From: Squalus acanthias
Taxonomy: Eukaryota
NCBI GenBank assembly: GCA_030390025.1
Contig: CM059432.1
Coordinates: 151,096,001-151,160,000 of the forward strand
Direction of reading: 5' to 3'
Length of the DNA: 64,000 bases
The position numbers and the translations under genes are program-made. Numbering within the stretch: the first letter of the stretch is position 1; each line of letters starts with the position of its first letter. The notes beneath the pieces were generated by a model. The model did not search any database and had not been told where the DNA came from. It worked only from the letters and a program-made list of their open reading frames with translations. This document shows, in pieces, positions 48,601 to 59,043 of this stretch.

Positions 48601-51600
48601 GACAGTGCAGCGCTCCCTCAGTACTGCCCCTCCGACAGTGCAGCGCTCCCTCAGTACTGCCCCTCCGACAGTGCAGCGCTCCCTCAGTACTGCCCCTCCG
48701 ACAGTGCAGCGCTCCCTCAGTACTGCCCCTCCGACAGTGCAGCGCTCCCTCAGTACTGCCCCTCCGACAGTGCAGCGCTCCCTCAGTACTGCCCCTCCGA
48801 CAGTGCAGCGCTCCCTCAGTACTGCCCCTCCGACAGTGCAGCGCTCCCTCAGTACTGCCCCTCCGACAGTGCAGCGCTCCCTCAGTACTGCCCCTCCGAC
48901 AGTGCAGCGCTCCCTCAGTACTGCCCCTCCGACAGTGCAGCGCTCCCTCAGTACTGCCCCTCCGACAGTGCAGCGCTCCCTCAGTACTGCCCCTCCGACA
49001 GTGCAGCGCTCCCTCAGTACTGCCCCTCCGACAGTGCAGCGCTCCCTCAGTACTGCCCCTCCGACAGTGCAGCGCTCCCTCAGTACTGCCCCTCCGACAG
49101 TGCAGCGCTCCCTCAGTACTGCCCCTCCGACAGTGCAGCGCTCCCTCAGTACTGCCCCTCCGACAGTGCAGCGCTCCCTCAGTACTGCCCCTCCGACAGT
49201 GCAGCGCTCCCTCAGTACTGCCCCTCCGACAGTGCAGCGCTCCCTCAGTACTGCCCCTCCGACAGTGCAGCGCTCCCTCAGTACTGCCCCTCCGACAGTG
49301 CAGCGCTCCCTCAGTACTGCCCCTCCGACAGTGCAGCGCTCCCTCAGTACTGCCCCTCCGACAGTGCAGCGCTCCCTCAGTACTGCCCCTCCGACAGTGC
49401 AGCGCTCCCTCAGTACTGCCCCTCCGACAGTGCAGCGCTCCCTCAGTACTGCCCCTCCGACAGTGCAGCGCTCCCTCAGTACTGCCCCTCCGACAGTGCA
49501 GCGCTCCCTCAGTACTGCCCCTCCGACAGTGCAGCGCTCCCTCAGTACTGCCCCTCCGACAGTGCAGCGCTCCCTCAGTACTGCCCCCTCCGACAGTGCA
49601 GCGCTCCCTCAGTACAGCCCCTCCGACAGTGCAGCGCTCCCTCAGTACTGCCCCTCCGACAGTGCAGCACTCCCTCAGCACTGCCCCTCCGACAGTGCAG
49701 CGCTCCCTCAGTACTGCCCCTCTGACAGTGCAGCGCTCCCTCAGTACTGCCCCTCAGACAGTGCGGTGCTCCCTCAGTACTGTCCCTCCCACAGTGCAGC
49801 GCTCCCTCAGTACTGCCCCTCCGACAGTGCAGCGCTCCCTCAGTACTGCCCCTCCGACAGTGCAGCGCTCCCTCAGTACTGCCCCTCCGACAGTGCGGTG
49901 CTCCCTCAGTACTGCCCCTCCGACAGTGCAGCGCTTCCTCAGTACTGCCCCTCCGACAGTGCAGCGCTCCCTCAGTACTGCCCCTCCGACAGTGCAGCGC
50001 TCCCTCAGTACTGCCCCTCCGACAGTGCGGCACTCCCTCAGTACTGCACCTCCGACAGTGCGGCGCTCCCTCAGTACTGCCGCTCCGACAGTGCGGCGCT
50101 CACTCAGTACTGCCCCTCCGACAGTGCAGCGCTCCCTCAGTACTGCCCCTCCGACAGTGCAGCACTCCCTCAGCACTGCCCCTCCGACAGTGCAGCGCTC
50201 CCTCAGTACTGCCCCTCTGACAGTGCAGCGCTCCCTCAGTACTGCCCCTCAGACAGTGCAGCACTCCCTCAGTACTGCCCCTCCGACAGTGCAGCACTCC
50301 CTCAGCACTGCCCCTTCAACAGTGCAGCGCTCCCTCAGTACTGCCCCTCCTACAGTGCAGCGCTCCCTCAGCACTGCCCCTCCGACAGTGCAGCACTCCC
50401 TCAGTAAAGTCACTCCGACAGTGCAGCACTCCCTCAGTACTGCCCCTCCGACAGTGCGGCACTCCCTCAGTATTGCCCCTCCGACAGTGCGCGCTCCCTC
50501 AGTACTGCCCCTCTGACAGTGCAGCGCTCCCTCAGTACTGCCCCTCCGACAGTGCAGCGCTCCCTCAGTACTGCCCCTCCGACAGTGCAGCGCTCCCTCA
50601 GTACTGCCCCTCCGACAGTGCAGCGCTCCCTCAGTACTGCCCCTCCGACAGTGCAGCGCTCCCTCAGTACTGCCCCTCCGACAGTGCAGCACTCCCTCAG
50701 TACTGCCCCTCCGACAGTGCGGCGCTCCCTCAGTACTGCCCCTCCGACAGTGCGGCCCTCCCTCAGTACTGCCCCTCCGACAGTGCAGCGCTCCCTCAGT
50801 ACTGCCCCTCCGACAGTGCAGCGCTCCCTCAGTACTGCCCCTCCGACAGTGCGGCGCTCCCTCAGTACTGCCCCTCCGACAGTGCAGCGCTCCCTCAGTA
50901 CTGCCCCTCCGACAGTGCAGCGCTCCCTCAGTACTGCCCCTCCGACAGTGCAGCGCTCCCTCAGTACTGCCCCTCCGACAGTGCAGCGCTCCCTCAGTAC
51001 TGCCCCTCCGACAGTGCAGCGCTCCCTCAGTACTGTCCCTCCGACAGTGCAGCGCTCCCTCAGTACTGCCCCTCCGACAGTGCAGCGCTCCCTCAGTACT
51101 GCCCCTCCGACAGTGCAGCGCTCCCTCAGTACTGCCCCTCCGACAGTGCAGCGCTCCCTCAGTACTGCCCCTCCGACAGTGCAGCGCTCCCTCAGTACTG
51201 CCCCTCCGACAGTGCAGCGCTCCCTCAGTACTGCCCCTCCGACAGTGCAGCGCTCCCTCAGTACTGCCCCTCCGACAGTGCGGCGCTCCCTCAGTACTGC
51301 CCCTCCGACAGTGCAGCGCTCCCTCAGTACTGCCCCTCTGACAGTGCAGCGCTCCCTCAGTACTGCCCCTCCGACAGTGCAGCGCTCCCTCAGTACTGCC
51401 CCTCCGACAGTGCAGCGCTCCCTCAGTACTGCCCCTCCGACAGTGCAGCGCTCCCTCAGTACTGCCCCTCCGACAGTGCGGCGCTCCCTCAGTACTGCCC
51501 CTCCGACAGTGCGGCGCTCCCTCAGTACTGCCCCTCCGACAGTGCAGCGCTCCCTCAGCACTGCCCCTCCGACAGTGCAGCACTCCCTCAGTACTGCCCC

Positions 51601-54600
51601 TCCGACAGTGCAGCACTCCCTCAGTACTGCCCCTCCGACAGTGCGCGACTCCCTCAGTACTGCCCCTCCGACAGTGCGCGCTCCCTCAGTACTGCCCCTC
51701 CGACAGTGCAGCGCTCCCTCAGTACTGCCCCTCCGACAGTGCAGCGCTCCCTCAGTACTGCCCCTCCGACAGTGCAGCGCTCCCTCAGTACTGCCCCTCC
51801 GACAGTGCAGCGCTCCCTCAGTACTGCCCCTCCGACAGTGCAGCGCTCCCTCAGTACTGCCCCTCCGACAGTGCAGCGCTCCCTCAGTACTGCCCCTCCG
51901 ACAGTGCAGCACTCCCTCAGCACTGCCCCTCCGACAGTGCAGCGCTCCCTCAGTACTGCCCCTCCTGACAGTGCAGCGCTCCATCAGTACTGCCCCTCCG
52001 ACAGTGCAGCGCTCCCTCAGTACTGTCCCTCCGACAGTGCAGCGCTCCCTCAGTACTGCCCCTCCGACAGTGCAGCGCTCCCTCAGTACTGCCCCTCCGA
52101 CAGTGCAGCGCTCCCTCAGTACTGCCCCTCCGACAGTGCAGCGCTCCCTCAGTACTGCCCCTCCGACAGTGCAGCGCTCCCTCAGTACTGCCCCTCCGAC
52201 AGTGCAGCGCTCCCTCAGTACTGCCCCTCCGACAGTGCAGCGCTCCCTCAGTACTGCCCCTCCGACAGTGCAGCGCTCCCTCAGTACTGCCCCTCCGACA
52301 GTGCGGCGCTCCCTCAGTACTGCCCCTCCGACAGTGCGGCGCTCCCTCAGTACTGCCCCTCCGACAGTGCAGCGCTCCCTCAGTACTGCCCCTCCGACAG
52401 TGCAGCGCTCCCTCAGTACTGCCCCTCCGACAGTGCAGCGCTCCCTCAGTACTGCCCCTCCGACAGTGCGGCGCTCCCTCAGTACTGCCCCTCCGACAGT
52501 GCGGCGCTCCCTCAGTACTGCCCCTCCGACAGTGCAGCGCTCCCTCAGTACTGCCCCTCCGACAGTGCAGCGCTCCCTCAGTACTGCCCCTCCGACAGTG
52601 CAGCACTCCCTCAGTACTGCCCCTCCGACAGTGCGGCGCTCCCTCAGTACTGCCCCTCCGACAGTGCAGCGCTCCCTCAGTACTGCCCCTCCGACAGTGC
52701 AGCGCTCCCTCAGTACTGCCCCTCCGACAGTGCAGCGCTCCCTCAGTACTGCCCCTCCGACAGTGCAGCGCTCCCTCAGTACTGCCCCTCCGACAGTGCA
52801 GCGCTCCCTCAGTATTGCCCCTCCGACAGTGCAGCGACTCCTCAGTACTGCCCCTCCGACTGTGCAGCGCTCCCTCAGTACTGCCCCTCCGACAGTGCAG
52901 CGCTCCCTCAGTACTGCCCCTCCGACAGTGCAGCGCTCCCTCAGTACTGCCCCTCCGACAGTGCAGCGCTCCCTCAGTACTGCCCCTCCGACAGTGCAGC
53001 ACTCCCTCAGTACTGCCCCTCCGACAGTGCAGCGCTCCCTCAGTACTGCCCCTCCGACAGTGCAGCGCTCCCTCAGTACTGCCCCTCCGACAGTGCAGCA
53101 CTCCCTCAGTACTGCCCCTCCGACAGTGCAGCGCTCCCTCAGTACTGCCCCTCCGACAGTGCAGGCACTCCCTCAGTACTGCCCCTCCGACAGTGCGGCA
53201 CTCCCTCAGTACTGCCCCTCAGACAGTGCAGCGCTCCCTCAGTACTGCCCCTCCGACAGTGCAGCGCTCCCTCAGTACTGCCCCTCCGACAGTGCAGCGC
53301 TCCCTCAGTACTGCCCCTCCGACAGTGCAGCGCTCCCTCAGTACTGCCCCTCCGACAGTGCGGCGCTCCCTCAGTACTGCCCCTCCGACAGTGCGGCACT
53401 CCCTCAGTACTGCACCTCCGACAGTGCGGCGCTCCCTCAGTACTGCCCCTCCGACAGTGCGGCACTCCCTCAGTACTGCACCTCCGACAGTGCGGCGCTC
53501 CCTCAGTACTGCCCCTCCGACAGTGCAGCGCTCCCTCAGTACTGCCCCTCCGACAGTGCAGCGCTCCCTCAGTACTGCCCCTCCGACAGTGCGGCACTCC
53601 CTCAGTACTGCACCTCCGACAGTGCGGCGCTCCCTCAGTACTGCCCCTCCGACAGTGCGGCGCTCACTCAGTACTGCCCCTCCGACAGTGCGGCGCTCCC
53701 TCAGTACTGCCCCTCCGACAGTGCGGCGCTCCCTCAGCACTGCCCCTCCGACCGTGCAGCACACCCTCAGCACTGCCCCTCCAACAGTGCAGCACTCCCT
53801 TAGCACTGCCCCTCCGACAGTGCAGCGACCCCTCAGTACTGCCCCTCCGACAGTGCAGCGCTCCCTCAGTACTGCCCCTCCGACAGTGCAGCGCTCCCTC
53901 AGTACTGCCCCTCCGACAGTGCAGCACTCCCTCAGTACTGCCCCTCCGACAGTGCAGCACTCCCTCAGCACTGCACCTCCGACAGCGCAGCGCTCCCTCA
54001 GTACTGCCCCTCCGACAGTGCAGCGCTCCCTCAGTACAGCCCCTCCGACAGTGCAGCGCTCCCTCAGTACTGCCCCTCCGACAGTGCAGCACTCCCTCAG
54101 CACTGCCCCTCCGACAGTGCAGCGCTCCCTCAGTACTGCCCCTCCGACAGTGCAGCGCTCCCTCAGCACTGCCCCTCCGACAGTGCAGCACTCCCTCAGT
54201 AAAGTCACTCCGACAGTGCAGCACTCCCTCAGTACTGCCCCTCCGACAGTGCGGCACTCCCTCAGTATTGCCCCTCCGACAGTGCGGCACTCCCTCAGTA
54301 CTGCCCCTCTGACAGTGCAGCGCTCCCTCAGTACTGCCCCTCCGACAGTGCAGCGCTCCCTCAGTACTGCCCCTCCGACAGTGCAGCGCTCCCTCAGTAC
54401 TGCCCCTCCGACAGTGCAGCGCTCCCTCAGTACTGCCCCTCCGACAGTGCGGCGCCCCCTCAGTACTGCCCCTCCGACAGTGCGGCACTCCCTCAGTACT
54501 GCATCTCCGACAGTGCGGCGCTCCCTCAGTACTGCCCCTCCGACAGTGCAGCGCTCCCTCAGTACTGATCCTTCGACAGTGCGGCGCTCCCTCAGTACTG

Positions 54601-56581
54601 CCCCTCCGACAGTGCAGCGCTCCCTCAGTACTGCCCCTCTGACAGTGCAGCACATCCTCAGCACTGCCCCTCCGACAGTGCAGGACTCCCTCAGCACTGC
54701 CCCTCCGACCGTGCAGCACACCCTCAGCACTGCCCCTCCAACAGTGCAGCACTCCCTTAGCACTGCCCCTCCGACAGTGCAGCGACCCCTCAGTACTGCC
54801 CCTCCGACAGTGCAGCGCTCCCTCAGTACTGCCCCTCCGACAGTGCAGCACTCCCTCAGTACTGCCCCTCCGACAGTGCAGCACTCCCTCAGCACTGCCC
54901 CTCCAACAGTGCAGCACTCCCTCAGTACTGCCCCTCCGACAGTGCAGCACTCCCTCAGCACTGCCCCTCCGACAGTGCAGCACATCCTCAGCACTGCCCC
55001 TCCGACAGTGCAGCACATCCTCAGCACTGCCCCTCCGACATTGCAGCGATCCCTCCGTACTGCCCCTCCGACAGTGCAGCACTCCCTCAATACTGCCCCT
55101 CCGACAGTGCAGCACATCCTCAGCACTGCCCCTCCGACAGTGGAGCGATCCCTCTGTACTGCCCCTCCGATAGTGTGGCACTCCCTCAGTACTGCCCCTC
55201 CGACAGTGCAGCGCTCCCTCAGTACAGCCCCTCCGACAGTGCAGCGCTCCCTCAGTACTGCCCCTCAGACAGTGCTGCACTCCCTCAGTACTGCCCCTCC
55301 GACAGTGCAGCACTCCCTTAGCACTGCCCCTCCAACAGTACAGCGCTCCCTCAGTACTGCCCCTCCTACAGTGCAGCGCTCCCTCAGTACTGCCCATCCG
55401 ACAGTGCAGCACTCCCTCAGCACTGCCCCTCCGACAGTGCAGCGCTCCCTCAGTACTGCCCCTCCGACAGTGCAGCGCTCCCTCAGTACTGCCCCTCTGA
55501 CAGTGCAGCACTCCCTCAGCACTGCCCCTCCGACAGTGCAGCGCTCCCTCAGTACTGCCCCTCCTACAGTGCAGCGCTCCCTCAGTACTGCCCCTCCGAC
55601 AGTGCAGCACTCCCTCAGCACTGCCCCTCCGACAGTGCAGCGCTCCCTCAGTACTGCCCCTCCTACAGTGCAGCGCTCCCTCAGTACTGCCCCTCCGACA
55701 GTGCAGCACTCCCTCAGCACTGCCCCTCCGACAGTGCAGCGCTCCCTCAGTACTGCCCCTCCGACAGTGCAGCACTCCCTCAGTACTGCCCCTCCGACAG
55801 TGCAGCGCTCTCTCAGTACTGCCCCTCCGATAGTGCAGCACTCCCTCAGCACTGCCCCTCCGACAGTGCAGCGCTCCCTCAGCACTGCCCCTCCGACAGT
55901 GCAGCACTCCCTCAGTAAAGTCACTCCGACAGTGCAGCACTCCCTCAGTACTGCCCCTCCGACAGTGCAGCACTCCCTCAGTATTGCCCCTCCGACAGTG
56001 CGGCACTCCCTCAGTACTGCCCCTCCGACAGTGCGGCACTCCCTCAGTACTGCCCCTCCGACAGTGCGGCGCTCCTTCAGTACAGCCCCTCCGACAGTGC
56101 AGCACTCCCTCAGTACTGCCCCTCTGACAGTGCAGCACTCCCTCAGTACTGCCCCTCCGACAGTGCAGCGCTCCCTCAGTACTACCCCTCCGATAGTGCA
56201 GCACTCCGTCAGTACTGCCCCTCCGACAGTGCGGCACTCCCTCAGTACTGCCCCTCCAACAGTGCGGCGCTCCCTCAGTACTGCCCCTCCGACAGTGCAG
56301 CGCTCCCTCACTACTGCCCCTCCAACAGTGCAGCGGTCCCTCAGTACTGCCCCTCCGACAGTGCAGCACTCCCTCAGTACTGCCCCTCCGACAGTGCAGC
56401 GCTCCCTCAGCACTGCCCCTCCAACAGTGCAGCACTCCCTCACTACTGCCCCTCCAACAGTGCAGCGGTCCCTCAGTACTGCCCCTCCGACAGTGCAGCG
56501 CTCCCTCAGCACTGCCCCTCCAACAGTGCAGCGCTCCCTCAGTACTGCCCCTCCGACAGTGCGGCTCTCCCTCAGCACTGC
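30634..56581. repeat. 33-bp satellite CAGTACTGCCCCTCCGACAGTGCAGCGCTCCCT, about 786 copies (~25.9 kb)
   Basis: Uninterrupted 33-bp periodicity; variant-rich flanks around an invariant core at 40013-49587. Confidence 0.99.
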
Positions 56582-57376
56582 ACTGGAGTTTCAGGCATTG
56601 ACTGCTACCTTATTGTGCATCTTTAGAAGTAAACAACCATTTTACGTCCCTACAAGTGAACAGAGTGTGTGGCACTAATTACAAAGTAACGTAGCGTCAG
56701 CAGATGTTCGGCGCAAACCCCTCTTTCGCACGTAAAGATGGTTTAAACGTGACGAAGCTCAGAGTCTTTCTGAAAACTACTACAAGCACCTAATGGTAAT
56801 CTTCAGCCCCTAAGGTGGGGCTGGTGGACACTGAGTCTGTATTTTCGAGTGTCTTTGATAAAGAATTTAATGAATGAAAGCTGACTCCCAGGCCTGGACT
56901 TTAAATGCCAGCACAGTTTCCAGCAGGAGACTGCATTGGTGAGTTCATTACCCGCCCACCTGCGGCAGGATGAAAGCCGGCTGATTTTAACGACAGGCCT
57001 CATTTAAATTCCCATCTGTTCTGAGCAGGAAGTTGGCAGGAAGCGGTGGAAAATCCCACGGCCCAGAGGCTGTCGCTGAGACCAGGTAAGTGGTGGGACT
57101 GGCTGCCGGAAGCGGAGATCTCGCTCGCGATAGGCATAGGTGGCAGGGGAGGCCTCAGCGTGCCTTGTGGGGCCTGGAGGAGATTCCTGCTCCTCCTAGC
57201 CCCGCAAGGAAAGTTAAAGGGCTGGATTTTGATACTGGGGCGGGTTGGGGTCGTGTCATCCACATTTCGTGTTATCCACCCGCCTACAATTGGATGTGGG
57301 AGATTGATGCAATTTTCATTTAATTGGGCAATTGAGTTCCAGCATGTGGGAACCCATGAACCAATTAGTGGTTTCA

Positions 57377-57592
57377 GTCTGAAAGTCGCCTCTGATGATG
57401 TCATCATTGCAGGTCAGAGACTGCCTGGTCTCAGAGATTGCCTGGCCTTTGCTGTGAGAGGACCTGGATGCAAAATGAGCAGCATCTCAGAGAGAGGGAG
57501 AGAGAGAGAGAGAGAATTATTTTTGCAACCAAGTCCTCCCAGGCAGTCTCTGAAGACATTCAATGCAGCAGCATCAGAGGCGACTTTCAGAC
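57377..57592. repeat. ~216-bp imperfect palindrome with a (GA)n loop
   Basis: Three nested inverted blocks of 21/21, 15/15 and 16/18 matches. Confidence 0.85.
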
Positions 57593-57957
57593 CTAATACT
57601 ACTACTACCTTCATCACATCTCTGTTGTAATAGTGGACCTGCAGCTGATAGTCAGCTATCCACTTGTGCTCCCGCCAGGTTTCACTGGCGTGTTTCACAT
57701 CAGGCGTACTTCACGTCGGAAAAGGGTTAAACTAGCTAAAACGTTTCAAAATGGCATTACAGAGCCAATTTAGGGCTTGTTAAGGGCTTTAATGGCCTCT
57801 CCCGCCTCTTGGAGGCGGGACGGAGTCGGGAACCCCGCGACCGATTTTGTCAAAATTGCGTGGAGTCGGAATGGGGTCGGGACCCCCGAATCTGCAACTT
57901 TAACCCCCCACACACCTCCAAACCCGACTCCACGGGTCATTGAAAATCCAACCCAAA

Positions 57958-58412
57958 GTGTCAGCTGTGGCTCAGTGGGTAGCACACTCGCCTCTGAGTC
58001 AGAAGGTTGTGGGTTCAAGTCCCACTCCAGGGACTCGTGCACATAAAGCTAGGCTGACACTCCAGTGCAGTGCTGAGGGAGCGCTGCACTGTCAGAGGTG
58101 CCATCTTTCGGATGAGACGTTAAACCGAGGCCCCGTCTGCTCTCTCGGGTGGACGTAAAAGATCCTGCTGTACTATTTCGAAGAACAGCAGGGGAGTTAT
58201 CCCCGGTGTCCTGGCCAATATTTATCCCTCAATCAACATAACAAAAACAGATGATCTGGTCATTATCACATTGCTGTTTGTGGGAGCTTGCTGTGCACAA
58301 ATTGGCTGCCGCGTTTCCTACATTACAACAGTGGCTACACCTCATTGGCTGTAAAGCACTTTGGGGCGTCCGGTGGTCATGAGAGGCGCTATAGAAATGC
58401 AAGTCATTCTTC
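57958..58412 (+). mobile_element. Full-length Deu-domain tRNA SINE (SacSINE1/AmnSINE1-related)
   Basis: A-box tggctcagtggg, B-box ggttcaagtcc, Deu-type body ggatgagacgttaaaccgagg..gtgtcctggccaatattt..ttgctgtttgtgggagcttgctgtgc, and L2-like tail ggcgctatagaaatgcaagt. Confidence 0.9.
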
Positions 58413-59043
58413 CTTTAAATATAAGTTCTTAAAACTTACCATTTTAGGTCTCTTCTGTCCCCGATTCTCTTCCTCGCGGCATTGGTCAGGTGAGAAACTC
58501 AGAGCAACTTCCCGCTCAGGCTGCCAGGTGAACATTGCAGTCGGGTGCCGATGATGCAATCATGACCTGACAGGCGTATGTTAAAAACCGTGCCGCCGGC
58601 TTCGGGTGGGTGGCCTTGCCGGAGGCTCAGTTGAACAGGTTAAAAGCCCAAATGGTCAGGGTAAGGAACCTGGGCGATTTTAACTGCCCACCTGCCCGGT
58701 TTCCTCTCAGTCATAACGTACTCCAGTGGAACAGGTAAACAGACGTTGGCCTGGAAATTGGATAAGGCCTGAAAATGGGCGGTGTCACGGGCCAGCGCTA
58801 TTTGCCGCGCCCGTTGAAAGTGGTGCAGTTAGCACGCAAAATTCGTGCTGCCTGCTCATTATAATGGTTGGCCCTCTGATCTCAGCGCTAAACGCGCTGC
58901 TGATTGGCTTAGCGCTGAACGGGGGTGGGGGCCAATATCGGATGCAATCTACAGGCCAATAAAGTTTGGCCGAGGCTCTCTGCACTACTTAAAGGGGAGC
59001 TGCTTTGTTGCAGAAGCACCTCATCGTCATTGTGGAGAGAGCC

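Larger units (their letters stand above)
30270..56597 (-). mobile_element. Deu-domain SINE copy hosting the 26-kb satellite
   Basis: 30270-30633 is the reverse complement of the SINE 3' portion (cf. 58100-58360). 56582-56597 actggagtttcaggc continues the SINE on the other side (cf. 58053-58066). Confidence 0.85.

Noticed and set aside
30634..56581. CRISPR array
   Set aside because: Head-to-tail repeats with no unique spacers, no cas genes, and a eukaryotic context.
30409..56678. Giant ORFs (up to 3780 aa) of 11-aa repeats, mucin-like or Cys-rich
   Set aside because: A 33-bp unit that is stop-free in five of six frames yields them automatically; frames switch at indels; the unit derives from a SINE.
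57958..58030. tRNA gene (also 28551-28612)
   Set aside because: A/B boxes run directly into SINE bodies; these are SINE heads.
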